NCBI GenBank assembly: GCA_036918135.1
Contig: JBALDB010000012.1
Location: 1 to 47,476, forward strand
Source: Nostoc sp.
GTDB taxonomy: Bacteria > Cyanobacteriota > Cyanobacteriia > Cyanobacteriales > Nostocaceae
Direction: 5' to 3'
DNA: 47,476 nucleotides
The translations under genes were made by a program, and so were the position numbers. The notes beneath the pieces were generated by a model that ran no database searches, was not told the origin of the DNA, and was given only the letters and a program-made list of their open reading frames with translations. Position 1 is the first letter of the stretch. The number at the start of each line of letters is the position of its first letter. Shown one piece after another: positions 10,424 through 20,424 of the stretch.

Positions 10424-11866
10424 ATGAATCAGCCGACAACACAATCTTGGCAAGAAGTTCTCGCTGCTTTTCAAAAAATTTGGGGTTATGAAGATTTCCG
10501 TTCGCCACAAGGAGAAATTGTCAAGAGTTTATTAGCGCAAAAAGATGCGTTGATTATTATGCCCACAGGTGGCGGCAAGTCGATTTGTTTTCAACTTCCT
10601 GCACTCTTACAAACAGGATTAACTTTGGTAGTTTCTCCCTTAGTGGCGTTAATGGAAAATCAAGTACAAGAACTACGAGGAAACCACCAAAAAGCAGCAC
10701 TTTTGCATAGTGAATTACCTACATCTCAACGTCGTGCAACTCTGCAAGCTTTGGAACGCCAACAGCTAAGATTACTGTATTTATCACCAGAAACATTGTT
10801 AAGTGCGCCAGTGTGGGAAAGGTTAACTCAGCCGCAATTGCAAATTAACGGTTTGATTTTGGATGAAGCCCATTGTTTAGTGCAGTGGGGTGATACCTTT
10901 CGCCCAGCTTATCGCAGATTAGGGACGGTGCGTCCGGCATTGCTCAAATCAAAACCACCAGGAACAAAATTCAGCATCGCCGCTTTTACTGCTACTGCTG
11001 ACCCCTCAGCCCAAAAAATTATTCAAACAGTTTTACAATTACAGCAACCAGAGATTTTTCGCTTGAATCCCTACCGTCCGAACTTGCATCCCAGCGTTCG
11101 CATCGCTTGGACACCACGAGGTAGAAAACAACAATTATTAAAGTTTATTCAAAATAGACCGCAACAATCGGGATTAGTTTACGTTCGCACTCGCAGAGAT
11201 AGTGAAGATTTAGCCCAATGGTTAGCACAGATGGGTTATGCGACAGCTAGTTATCATGCGGGATTAGGTGCAAGTGAACGCCGTGAAGTAGAAGCAAGCT
11301 GGTTAAGTGGTAAAATACCTTTTGTGGTTTGTACCTGTGCGTTTGGCATGGGGATAAATAAAAGTGATGTTCGTTGGGTTGCCCATTTTCATGCACCACA
11401 TTTGTTATCTGAATATGTGCAAGAAATTGGTCGCGCTGGAAGGGATGGGAAACCAGCAGAGGCGTTAACATTGGTGAGTGAACCTACGGGATGGTTAGAT
11501 TCAGGGGATAAGCAAAGACAGGAATTTTTTCAAGAACAAATGCGATCGCAACAACAAATAGCGCAGCAACTTGTGAAAAAATTACCAAAACAGGGAGAAG
11601 TGAATGCAGTAACCCGACAATTTCCCGAAGCTGCTACAGCTTTAGCTTTACTCCACAGCAACGGTCAGTTAAACTGGCTTGACCCTTTTCATTACAACAT
11701 TGAGTCAGAAGCCAAAAATCAGCCAGCAACGCAATTACACGCCGTCAAGCAAATGCAGCAATATCTCATAAGCAAGCAGTGTCGTTGGCAGTTTTTATTA
11801 AACGCCTTTGGGTTTGACAAAGAAGCAGCCAACTGGCGCTGTGAACATTGCGATAATTGTCGCTAA
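10424..11866 (+). CDS. recQ: RecQ-family ATP-dependent DNA helicase (short form, no HRDC seen)
   Basis: MPTGGGKS, DEAHC..QWG..FRP, TATA, AFGMGI, QEIGRAGRDG and a C-terminal CR...CEHCDNC Zn site. ATG at 10424 chosen over TTG at 10319. Confidence 0.92.
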   Translation: MNQPTTQSWQEVLAAFQKIWGYEDFRSPQGEIVKSLLAQKDALIIMPTGGGKSICFQLPALLQTGLTLVVSPLVALMENQVQELRGNHQKAALLHSELPTSQRRATLQALERQQLRLLYLSPETLLSAPVWERLTQPQLQINGLILDEAHCLVQWGDTFRPAYRRLGTVRPALLKSKPPGTKFSIAAFTATADPSAQKIIQTVLQLQQPEIFRLNPYRPNLHPSVRIAWTPRGRKQQLLKFIQNRPQQSGLVYVRTRRDSEDLAQWLAQMGYATASYHAGLGASERREVEASWLSGKIPFVVCTCAFGMGINKSDVRWVAHFHAPHLLSEYVQEIGRAGRDGKPAEALTLVSEPTGWLDSGDKQRQEFFQEQMRSQQQIAQQLVKKLPKQGEVNAVTRQFPEAATALALLHSNGQLNWLDPFHYNIESEAKNQPATQLHAVKQMQQYLISKQCRWQFLLNAFGFDKEAANWRCEHCDNCR

Positions 11867-11894
11867 CCTTGCCCTGTTGTGTCTCACCTATCCT
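11583..11894 (+). repeat. Direct repeat copy 1 (3' end of recQ plus ~28 bp downstream)
   Basis: TACCAAAACAGGGAGAAGT...CACCTATCCT aligns along its length with 13318-13622. Confidence 0.95.
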
Positions 11895-12221
11895 ACGTTT
11901 ATAAAAGAAAAAATTGCCAAATTCCAAAGCAAAATCGTCATATTTTAGGGCAGGTTGTCGAGCCAAACAACATAGAAGCAGATGTAAATAATTTACAATG
12001 GTTCAAACACAACATTTAGGCTCAGGCACTACCAAATGGCTCTTGTACTTTACCTAATTTAGAAAAAACTACTTCACTGCTGGAGGGTGCAATTTTCTTA
12101 CCGTCCACAATAATCTGGATAGCATTATGCTTGCAATTAAAATCGATATTTATATTAAGAGGTAGATAAAAGATAAATAATTCTTTTCAGTTTCAAGGCA
12201 AGTTGAACCAAGTTTAAAAAC

Positions 12222-12698
12222 TCAATCATGCTTCTCTTCTAGTTCTCGATCTGTTTCTACTGACACAATTGCCTGTTTTACGTAATTTATTTCAGCTTTC
12301 AGTTCTTGATCGGGTGGTCTAGAATTTGGCTCTGAATATTCAGCATGTGTGTAAATCCATACTAAATACACGAGTTTTTTCTGTTCATAAACAATAAAAA
12401 TGAGCCTACCAAACCTGGCGGCTCCTTGCAAGCCTGGTAGCCTACGCCACCTTTTCTTTCTGAATTCAATTGTTGGGTCTGCTGTTTTAGCGGGAAATGG
12501 CTCTGGCTCTGATATTTCATTTGAGCAGGGATTTATTCTAAGTTCTTCGATTAAATCTTCGATAACCTGCTCAAACTCTTTTCTAGATTTAGTATCTTTT
12601 CGATAATGCTTTTTGAGTAAAGCCTCATAAGTTCTTTCGTACCTAGCCAGTTTCCTGATTTGATAACTATTGGAGTCACCCCTGTCTTCTCTGTGCAT
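12222..12698 (-). CDS. Putative RelE/HigB-superfamily toxin
   Basis: Basic protein ending GRLIFIVYEQKKLVYLVWIYTHAEY, resembling the HigB/RelE C-terminal strands and THAEY motif. Overlaps the upstream gene; start uncertain. Confidence 0.6.
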   Translation of the reverse strand: MHREDRGDSNSYQIRKLARYERTYEALLKKHYRKDTKSRKEFEQVIEDLIEELRINPCSNEISEPEPFPAKTADPTIEFRKKRWRRLPGLQGAARFGRLIFIVYEQKKLVYLVWIYTHAEYSEPNSRPPDQELKAEINYVKQAIVSVETDRELEEKHD

Positions 12699-13122
12699 CT
12701 ACAGGTTCTCCTACCCCTGGATTAGAATTTATTTCTTCTAGGGTATCTGATAAAACCTGTTGGTACACATGATCTTCTCTTTCAATTGCATCCAAAATAT
12801 TATCAATCAGCATGTCCAGAGCTTCCATGCAGGCACAAAGCGCTTCTTGCTGATTAGTCAGCGCAACAAACAATGCATAAGCTTTTGACCAGACTTTAAG
12901 CCACAAATTAGGCACTCCCTTCGGAGGCTCAATCAAGTCATAAGCAAGTTGTTTGAGTTTTGCGCGTTCTTCAGGGGAATAGTTGTTCCACTCTCTTTTA
13001 ACTTCTCTAGCGGTTTTACGTAATTTAATAGCTATTTCTTCAAAGCGGGACGGGTTTGCTGTCCTGCATCGAATCTGTTTAATTTCATGAGGATTTCTGA
13101 TTATAGCACTTGCAAAAGACAA
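12676..13122 (-). CDS. Hypothetical helical protein, putative antitoxin
   Basis: 148 aa, TTG start preceded by a GGGGGT RBS-like run, acidic C-terminal half, overlaps the toxin-like ORF by 23 nt. Confidence 0.5.
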   Translation of the reverse strand: MSFASAIIRNPHEIKQIRCRTANPSRFEEIAIKLRKTAREVKREWNNYSPEERAKLKQLAYDLIEPPKGVPNLWLKVWSKAYALFVALTNQQEALCACMEALDMLIDNILDAIEREDHVYQQVLSDTLEEINSNPGVGEPVDAQRRQG

Positions 13123-13317
13123 CCGCTTTACCCCCAGTTTCTTATTTTTTATTGTATCTAAATTAAACCCAACTGTCTTTTTAAGAGTTTTGTATCACAA
13201 AATTACTCTATCTTGTGACATTTCTTATACTTTTTCTCTAAGCTTCATAAAACCGAAGCTAGTTTGTGGATATGTAAATGCCATGAAAATATCTCATGTT
13301 AAGGGTTTTGCTTGCAG

Positions 13318-13622
13318 TACCAAAACAGGGAGAAGTCAACGCAGTAACCCGACAATTTCCCGAAGCCGCTACAGCCTTAGCTTTACTCCACAGCAACGGT
13401 CAGTTAAACTGGCTTGACCCTTTTCATTACAACATTGAAGAAAAAGCCAAAAATCAGCCAGTGACGCAATTACACGTCACCAAACAAATGCAGCAATATC
13501 TCACAAGCAAGCAGTGTCGTTAGCAGTTTTTATTAAACGCCTTTGAGTTTGACAAAGAAGCAGCTAACTGGCGTTGTGGATAATTGTCGCTAGCCTAAAC
13601 TTTGTTCTGTGCCACCTATCCT
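13318..13622 (+). pseudogene. Direct repeat copy 2: inactivated duplicate of the recQ 3' end
   Basis: Encodes PKQGEVNAVTRQFPEAATALALLHSNGQLNWLDPFHY as in recQ. TGG>TAG stop at 13521-13523 and an 8-bp deletion in the CEHCDNC codons. Confidence 0.93.
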
Positions 13623-13678
13623 GCCCTTGGTTGAGGATTGTTATTGTAAAGTTAATTACAATTACAGAGGATAAAAAT

Positions 13679-15568
13679 ATGTCATCGGCAACAGCAACCT
13701 CACTACCACCACTGATTCCGCGCGAAATTCTGTTTGGAAATCCCGAAAAAGCTAGCCCAAGACTCTCACCTGATGGCAAATATTTGGCATATATCGCCCC
13801 CGATGAACAAAATGTTTTGCAGGTATGGTTGCGAACTGTAGGACAAGAAGATGACCAAATACTAACTGCGGACAAAAAACGTGGTATCCGCATTTTCTTT
13901 TGGACTTATAATGCTGACCAGTTGATTTACATGCAAGACTCAGACGGTGATGAAAACTTTCACCTCTACTTAGTCAATATTCACTCAAAGATTACCCGCG
14001 ATTTAACACCATTTCAAGGTGTGAAAGCAGAACTGGTAGAAATAGAACCTAAATTTCCAGACGAAATACTGGTGGCGTTGAACTTGAATAACCCGCAAAA
14101 ATTCGACGTTTACCGTATTAACCTGAAAAATGGTGCAGTAGAGTTCGATACTGACAACCCAGGTAACATTATTAGTTGGACAGCTGATGCCGATTTCCAA
14201 GTAAACGCAGCAACAGCTAGCACACCTGATGGTGGTTATGATTTATTACTACGGGAAAGCACAGATAAACAATGGGAAATTCTCCGCCACTGGGGGCCAG
14301 AAGAAGAAGGGAGTCCTATTAGCTTTTCCGACGATGGCAAAACACTTTATATCGAAGCCAATCATGATGCTAACGCCCAACGCCTGCTAGCTGTTGATTT
14401 AGACACCCGTCAAGAAACTGTTATTGCCCAAGATGAGCAATACGATGTTGTGGGGATAATGATTCAGCCTGTAACGCGAGTTATCGAGGCAGTTTCTTTC
14501 TACAAAGACAAACAGGAATGGCGAGTAATTGACCAGAGTATCGCTGCTGATTTTGAAGAAATTGCTAAATTACGTTCTGGGGAGTTCTCCTTAATTAGCC
14601 GCGACTTAGAAGATAAAAATTGGCTAGTAGCTTACAACACTGATGATGGCCCAGTTTATTACTATGCCTACAACCGAGAGTCAAAAACTAACACTTTCCT
14701 CTTCAGTAACCAACCGAAACTCGAAGACTTGCAGTTAGCTTCAATGCAACCAATTTCCTACGAGGCGCGGGATGGTTTAACTATCCACGGTTACTTAACA
14801 ACTCCAGTGGGAATAGCTAGCCAGAATTTACCAACAGTACTCCTGGTTCACGGCGGCCCTTGGGTGCGGGATACCTGGGGTTTAGATCCAGAAGCGCAAT
14901 GGTTAGCTAACCGGGGTTACGCTGTTTTACAAGTAAATTATCGGGGTTCCACTGGTTATGGTAAGGCTTTCGTGAATGCTGGAAACCGAGAATGGGCTGG
15001 CAAAATGCACGATGATCTAATTGATGGTGTTAATTGGCTAGTGGAACAAGGTATTTCTGACCCGCAAAAGATTGCGATTATGGGTGGTTCTTATGGTGGT
15101 TACGCTACTTTAGTGGGGTTGACTTTTACACCAGAAATTTTCGCTGCTGGTGTGGATATTGTCGGCCCAAGTAACTTGATTAGTTTAATCCAAACTATAC
15201 CGCCTTATTGGGAACCGCTCAAAGCAATGTTTTATCACCGCGTTGGCAATTTGGAGACAGAAGAAGAGTTTTTGAAATCGCGATCGCCTTTATTTTTTGT
15301 TGACAAAATTCAAAAACCTTTACTAATTGGTCAAGGTGCAAACGATCCGCGGGTGAAACAATCAGAAAGCGACCAAATTGTTAACGCAATGCAACAGGCT
15401 GGTTTGCCTGTGCGATATGCACTTTACCCCGATGAAGGACATGGTTTTGCCAGACCAGAAAATCGCTTGCATTTCTTTGCGATCGCAGAGGAGTTTCTCG
15501 CCAAATATTTAGGCGGTAGATTTGAACCTTTGGCAGATATACCAGGTCATTCAGGAATAGTTAATTAA
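13679..15568 (+). CDS. S9-family prolyl oligopeptidase / dipeptidyl aminopeptidase
   Basis: Propeller N-terminus (LSPDGK), VHGGPW, GGSYGG nucleophile, GANDPRV, DEGHGF. ATG at 13679 preceded by GAGG. Confidence 0.93.
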   Translation: MSSATATSLPPLIPREILFGNPEKASPRLSPDGKYLAYIAPDEQNVLQVWLRTVGQEDDQILTADKKRGIRIFFWTYNADQLIYMQDSDGDENFHLYLVNIHSKITRDLTPFQGVKAELVEIEPKFPDEILVALNLNNPQKFDVYRINLKNGAVEFDTDNPGNIISWTADADFQVNAATASTPDGGYDLLLRESTDKQWEILRHWGPEEEGSPISFSDDGKTLYIEANHDANAQRLLAVDLDTRQETVIAQDEQYDVVGIMIQPVTRVIEAVSFYKDKQEWRVIDQSIAADFEEIAKLRSGEFSLISRDLEDKNWLVAYNTDDGPVYYYAYNRESKTNTFLFSNQPKLEDLQLASMQPISYEARDGLTIHGYLTTPVGIASQNLPTVLLVHGGPWVRDTWGLDPEAQWLANRGYAVLQVNYRGSTGYGKAFVNAGNREWAGKMHDDLIDGVNWLVEQGISDPQKIAIMGGSYGGYATLVGLTFTPEIFAAGVDIVGPSNLISLIQTIPPYWEPLKAMFYHRVGNLETEEEFLKSRSPLFFVDKIQKPLLIGQGANDPRVKQSESDQIVNAMQQAGLPVRYALYPDEGHGFARPENRLHFFAIAEEFLAKYLGGRFEPLADIPGHSGIVN

Positions 15569-15602
15569 GCTCATCCAACCTTAAAAGAGGATGGGATTTC
15601 AT

Positions 15603-15643
15603 GTTGACTGTTGACAGTTGACGATTAATAGTCAACAGTCAAT
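15603..15643. repeat. STRR3-like (CAACAGT) repeats forming an inverted pair; possible terminator between convergent genes
   Basis: gttgactgttgacagttgac ... gtcaacagtcaa. Confidence 0.55.
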
Positions 15644-15718
15644 ACAAAAAGATGTGTTGCGTTAGAAAACACCATGGTTAGTTATTTCTGTTTTACGGAA
15701 TTGGGTGCGATCTCAATT

Positions 15719-16114
15719 TTACGAAATCCAATTTTCTCGTTGTTCGCCCTGAATCGACTGTAGAATTCCAAACCTTTCTTCAATTTTGCGCGGCAGAGTG
15801 CGTATTCCAAAGATGTAAACACAAGATTCTTCCGGTTGGTCTGTCAAAACATGAACTCTGGCTTCGTCATTTTGCAAACGCTCAATGAGAATAGATGCAC
15901 AAATTTCAACATCTTCAGGAATCTCATATACTTCCTTTGATGTGAATTTTTTCTCTAAACTTTTTGCACTTTTGTCAATAATGTTTTGTTCAGGCAATGT
16001 ATTGGTGAAGCGATAAACGTATGTTCGGCTGCACTTTCCATCTTCTAGCTGCTCTAACTGAGGGATATTTATTAACTTTATCTGACTTGCATCATACTTC
16101 ATTTGAACAGTCAT
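15719..16114 (-). CDS. Hypothetical protein
   Basis: 131-aa ATG ORF co-oriented 47 bp downstream of Uma2; no family recognised. Confidence 0.6.
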   Translation of the reverse strand: MTVQMKYDASQIKLINIPQLEQLEDGKCSRTYVYRFTNTLPEQNIIDKSAKSLEKKFTSKEVYEIPEDVEICASILIERLQNDEARVHVLTDQPEESCVYIFGIRTLPRKIEERFGILQSIQGEQRENWIS

Positions 16115-16161
16115 TTTAAAATATTGTCTTATAAATTCGTAATTATTGAATTTAATAAAGC

Positions 16162-16749
16162 TTAGGTATTGATTTCTCCAGTTTGAAGTACTTGCTCTGC
16201 GGTTAGCTGTAATTCTGGGAAGATAGTAGAAACTATGGTTGTATTTCCAGTATATTTAGTTTCTTCATAAAGCCCATCAACTAATATTAGTACGGTAATT
16301 ATTTCCCTTTGTGGGTCAACAATCCAATATTCAGCAATTCCCCTTGCGGCATACTCGGAACGTTTGTAGCGATAGTCCTGGTCTTGATTAGCTTTGCCAG
16401 GAGAAACAACTTCCACAATTAATGCCGGAGGTGGCATATCTAAAGTAATTGTAGATCGCGTTGCACCTTCTAAGGCTGTTGCAAGTTCATCCGTCAGCAC
16501 AACTAAATCAGGAATGCGAGTTGTCGCACGAAAACCAGCAACAACAATTTCAACTTTATTACTCAACCAATTGATTGGAACAAACTTGAGGAAATTTACC
16601 AGTAAAAACAGAGATATCTGAACATTTTTTGGGCTTTCAGGTGGCATTGCAACTAATTCACCTGCCACCAATTCATACTGGCTATCCGTGCCATCGTCAT
16701 AGTTCAAATATTCCTCAAGCGTTAGATGTTTGCCAGCGATCGCAGTCAT
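16162..16749 (-). CDS. Uma2-family (DUF820) PD-(D/E)xK endonuclease
   Basis: YELVAGELVAMPP, RIPDLVV, LIVEVVSPG, YKRSEYAARGIAEYWIVDP. Confidence 0.93.
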   Translation of the reverse strand: MTAIAGKHLTLEEYLNYDDGTDSQYELVAGELVAMPPESPKNVQISLFLLVNFLKFVPINWLSNKVEIVVAGFRATTRIPDLVVLTDELATALEGATRSTITLDMPPPALIVEVVSPGKANQDQDYRYKRSEYAARGIAEYWIVDPQREIITVLILVDGLYEETKYTGNTTIVSTIFPELQLTAEQVLQTGEINT

Positions 16750-16816
16750 ACAGCGTAAAGCAAAGTTCGTACTGATAGTTTACTTCAATCTGATATAGTC
16801 TCGTTGACTTCTGAAG

Positions 16817-17002
16817 CTGGGCAATTACCACCACTCGCCCGCGCAATAGTCCTAGTGTAATAAAGCGCTGTTGTCCATAAGCATAACGCTCATCTTCAAA
16901 TGTAAATGTTGCACCTTCAAAAATCTGAGAAGCATCCACGAAATCAAACCCGTGTTTGCCTAAATTTGATTGCTGCTTATTTTCATCTTAAGTGAACCGC
17001 CT
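16817..17002 (-). pseudogene. Degraded BrnT-family toxin
   Basis: Frame reads (AGG)RFT*DENKQQSNLGKHGFDFVDASQIFEGATFTFEDERYAYGQQRFITLGLLRGRVVVIAQ. Start lost, conserved Trp codon is TAA at 16990-16988, and the C-terminal RIISAR segment is missing. Confidence 0.85.
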
Positions 17003-17187
17003 GAGCTAACTAAACATAGTACCACAGATAATACAATTTATAATTCTTAGTAAGAAAGTAAAATTTAATGTAGTCTTCTTTTGAAGAATTAGTATCATCT
17101 ATCGGTATTTATCTGTGGTTGCATTTTCATTAAATTGACTTTTGCAAGAGATTTAGGAAACGCCTGATTATTTCAAGCGATGCGTAA

Positions 17188-18180
17188 CTAAAATTGCTGC
17201 AAAAACCGCAAATCACTAGCATATAAGCGACGAATATCATCCATTTGATGTAACACCATTGCAAAGCGTTCTACACCAAAACCGGCAGCAAAACCAGTAT
17301 AAATTTCTGGATCGTAACCCACTGCTTTCAGGACATTTGGATCGACCATCCCGCAGCCCATCACCTCCAGCCAGCGGCCATTCCACTGCAAATCTACTTC
17401 AGCAGAAGGTTCGGTAAATGGGAAATAACTGGCGCGGAAGCGAATCGGTAACTCACCAAATATTGTCTGTAAAAATACTTTAATTGTCCCCTTGAGGTCT
17501 GTAAAAGTTAATCCTTCATCAATGGCTAAAAGTTCTATTTGATGGAAAACCGCTGAGTGAGTTGCATCTACATTATCTCGCCGATAAACTCGCCCTGGCG
17601 CCACAACTCGAATCGGTGGTTCCTCTCTTTCCATGTAGCGAATTTGCACTGAGGAGGTATGAGTCCGCAGCAGATTACCATCTGGTAGGTAAAAAGTATC
17701 CTGCATATCGCGGGCGGGATGGTCAGGCGGGGTATTAAGCGCCTCAAAATTGTAGTAATCTGTTTCCATCTCTGGCCCTTGAGCCACGGTATAGCCCATA
17801 CCGACAAAAATATCCAGCGCCCGGTCAATAATGCCGTTGAGGGGGTGAATGCGACCTTGGGGGCGGTAAATTCCCGGCATAGTCACATCGAGGGTTTCAG
17901 CCTCTAGCTGGAAGCGAATTTGCGCGGCTTCCAAGGCGGCGCGTTGTTGGTCTAGACTAGTTTGCAGGGACTCTTTGACTGTATTGGCGATCGCCCCAAT
18001 TATCGGTCTCTCCTCTGCACTCAGCTGCCCCATACTTCGCAACAGTGCCCCCAGTTCTCCTTTCTTGCCCAGATAGCTAACTCTGAGTTCCTCTAAGCGT
18101 TCTAGGGTATCAGCGGCGGCGATCGCTTGTTCTCCTTGCTGCCGCAGTGCTAAAAGTTGAGCTTCTAAATTGCTAGTCAT
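17188..18180 (-). CDS. pheS: Phenylalanine--tRNA ligase alpha subunit
   Basis: [45 protein letters not shown]. Confidence 0.98.
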   Translation of the reverse strand: MTSNLEAQLLALRQQGEQAIAAADTLERLEELRVSYLGKKGELGALLRSMGQLSAEERPIIGAIANTVKESLQTSLDQQRAALEAAQIRFQLEAETLDVTMPGIYRPQGRIHPLNGIIDRALDIFVGMGYTVAQGPEMETDYYNFEALNTPPDHPARDMQDTFYLPDGNLLRTHTSSVQIRYMEREEPPIRVVAPGRVYRRDNVDATHSAVFHQIELLAIDEGLTFTDLKGTIKVFLQTIFGELPIRFRASYFPFTEPSAEVDLQWNGRWLEVMGCGMVDPNVLKAVGYDPEIYTGFAAGFGVERFAMVLHQMDDIRRLYASDLRFLQQF

Positions 18181-18222
18181 TAGTTATTAGTCATTGGTCA
18201 AACAGGTCATTAGTCATTAGTC
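18174..18222. repeat. STRR2-type heptamers TT(A/G)GTCA
   Basis: tagtcattagttattagtcattggtca...gtcattagtcattagtc. The complementary array (aatgacc/aatgact) lies at about 18396-18431. Confidence 0.8.
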
Positions 18223-18425
18223 TATAGTCAAAAGCTGTGAACTGCTCGATAAAGAAACTTATAGCTATGCCTCAACTAAACCAAAGGCAATGCTGGAAAC
18301 CAAACTTCTGTTTATTACCTAGAGAACAGTGGGTGGGTAAATGTGTTCTTTTACCTGATGCTTGTGACCTTTGACATTGACAAATGGCTAATAAAAAATA
18401 ACAAATAACTAATGACCAATGACCA

Positions 18426-19229
18426 ATGACTATGAAATTACTAATTAGCAACGATGACGGCATTTCGGCCTTAGGTATTTGTACCCTAGCCAACTACTTA
18501 GCACAAGCAGGGCATGATGTTACTGTAGTTTGCCCAGACCGAGAGCGATCGGCAACTGGACATGGATTAACCATGCATCAACCAATTCGTGCTCAAATTG
18601 TGGAATCAGTTTTCGATCCGGCTGTCAAAGCTTGGGCTTGCGATGGTACGCCTTCAGATTGCGTCAAATTGGCGCTGTGGGCTTTGCTAGACACTCACCC
18701 GGATTTTGTTCTCTCTGGCATTAATCAAGGCGCTAATTTGGGAACTGAAATTTTGTATTCCGGTACTGTTTCTGCGGCAATGGAAGGTCTGATTGAAGGC
18801 ATTCCCAGTGTAGCGGTGAGTCTTACCAGCCATACCTCGAAAGATTTTCAACCTGCTGCCAAGTTTGTCAAAATTCTCTTAGACCAGTTAGCCCAAAAAC
18901 CACTGCCAGATTTGATGTTGCTCAATGTCAATATCCCTGCTGTAAAGTGGGAACAAATTGCTGGGGCGACCCTTACGCGCCAAGGAGTGCGACGTTACAT
19001 AGATGTCTTTGACAAACGAGTCGATCCTCGTGGAAAAACCTACTACTGGTTAACTGGGGAAGTGATTGAGGATGTAGAACCCCCAGCTGGATTAAACTTA
19101 CCACAAAATGTGCCAACAGATGTGTATGTCGTACGTAATAACTATATCAGTATAACTCCATTACAATACAACCTTACCTATGGAACTGGACTAGATAAAA
19201 TGTCTGAGTGGGAATTCAAGTTTCCCTAA
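18426..19229 (+). CDS. surE: 5'/3'-nucleotidase SurE
   Basis: [43 protein letters not shown]. Confidence 0.97.
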   Translation: MTMKLLISNDDGISALGICTLANYLAQAGHDVTVVCPDRERSATGHGLTMHQPIRAQIVESVFDPAVKAWACDGTPSDCVKLALWALLDTHPDFVLSGINQGANLGTEILYSGTVSAAMEGLIEGIPSVAVSLTSHTSKDFQPAAKFVKILLDQLAQKPLPDLMLLNVNIPAVKWEQIAGATLTRQGVRRYIDVFDKRVDPRGKTYYWLTGEVIEDVEPPAGLNLPQNVPTDVYVVRNNYISITPLQYNLTYGTGLDKMSEWEFKFP

Positions 19230-19527
19230 ATTTATAGGTTTATGAGTAAAAAAATCGAATTAATCAAATGCATCAACTCAAAATGTAGGCTATAACGTAG
19301 GGACAATCATGAAATAACGGATACACATCCACTCAAAAAACTTAAAAATTTTACTTTAGAGAGCCTGATTGACATTTACACAATCAGCCAGAAACAGTGT
19401 ATGCTGTTTTACCAAGAAATTCTCCCTCTAATCCTTCCCTACCAAAATCAGTGAGACAGCATAAACTTAAACAAAATCAGTAACAATTTTTTCATTTATC
19501 GCCCGCTCAGTCCAGCAAGCAACACCC

Positions 19528-20424
19528 ATGTCTAGGATAGAGAACCAATTTACCGTGCAATTTTGGGGGGTTCGCGGCAGCATCCCCAGTCCAGGGCCAC
19601 ATACCGTTCGTTACGGCGGGAATACCCCTTGCGTTGAGATGCAAGTGGGCGGTAAACGCTTAATTTTCGATGGTGGTACGGGACTGCATGTTTTGGGGCA
19701 ATCTTTATTGCGCCAGATGCCGTTAGAAGGCCATATATTTTTCACCCACTCGCACTGGGATCACATGCAGGGTTTTCCCTTCTTTGTTCCAGGATTTGTT
19801 AAAGGGAATAATTTTCATATTTACGGCGCGATCGCTCCTGATGGTTCTACCATAGAACAGCGCCTCAATGACCAGATGCTCCACCCCAACTTTCCTGTGC
19901 CCTTGCAGATTATGCAAGCCAATTTAAGTTTCCACGACATTCGAGCGGGTCAACCAATACATATCGATGACATTATCGTCGAAACAGCACCTTTAAATCA
20001 TCCAGGTGAAGCTGTAGGATACCGCGTCAACTGGCGTGATAGTGCTGCTGTTTACATTACCGACACCGAACACTTTCCCGACCGACTTGATGACAATGTG
20101 CTTTGGCTATCTCGTGATGCCGACATCCTAATTTACGATTCTACCTACACTGACGAAGAATATTACTCACCAACATCTCCAAAAATTGGCTGGGGACATT
20201 CTACCTGGCAAGAAGCTGTCAAAATAGCACAAGCTGCTAATGTCAAAACTTTGGTAATCTATCACCATGACCCAGCACACAATGATGATTTTTTGGATCG
20301 TGTAGGAAAACAAGTAGCTGCAAAATTCCCTGGTGCAATCATGGCACGGGAAGGAATCGTACTTCAAGTTTCCACCTCAGTTTCATTATCAGAATCTTTT
20401 CCTGTTAGCAAGTTTTCTGTCTAA
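19528..20424 (+). CDS. MBL-fold metallo-hydrolase (phosphodiesterase-like)
   Basis: FWGVRGSIP, YGGNTPC, THSHWDH, TDTEH, GWGHS, YHHDP. Confidence 0.9.
   Translation: MSRIENQFTVQFWGVRGSIPSPGPHTVRYGGNTPCVEMQVGGKRLIFDGGTGLHVLGQSLLRQMPLEGHIFFTHSHWDHMQGFPFFVPGFVKGNNFHIYGAIAPDGSTIEQRLNDQMLHPNFPVPLQIMQANLSFHDIRAGQPIHIDDIIVETAPLNHPGEAVGYRVNWRDSAAVYITDTEHFPDRLDDNVLWLSRDADILIYDSTYTDEEYYSPTSPKIGWGHSTWQEAVKIAQAANVKTLVIYHHDPAHNDDFLDRVGKQVAAKFPGAIMAREGIVLQVSTSVSLSESFPVSKFSV

Noticed and set aside
11895..12221. Possible degraded gene fragment inside the recQ-flanked islet
   Set aside because: All frames I read are interrupted and no family is recognisable; a translated search would be needed.
13296..13523. 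Functional 75-aa RecQ-like microprotein
   Set aside because: Start lies outside the homology, and the copy has a premature stop and a deletion in the Zn ligands; best read as a remnant.
11583..13622. Diversity-generating retroelement TR/VR pair
   Set aside because: Mismatches are not adenine-specific (many C/T and G/C third-position changes), there is an indel, and no reverse transcriptase is present in the window.
16715..16939. Intact 74-aa gene
   Set aside because: It is the internal part of the BrnT pseudogene read through into unrelated sequence overlapping Uma2.
17188..18180. pheS without pheT, and atpD-atpC apart from other atp genes, as anomalies
   Set aside because: Both split arrangements are normal in cyanobacteria.
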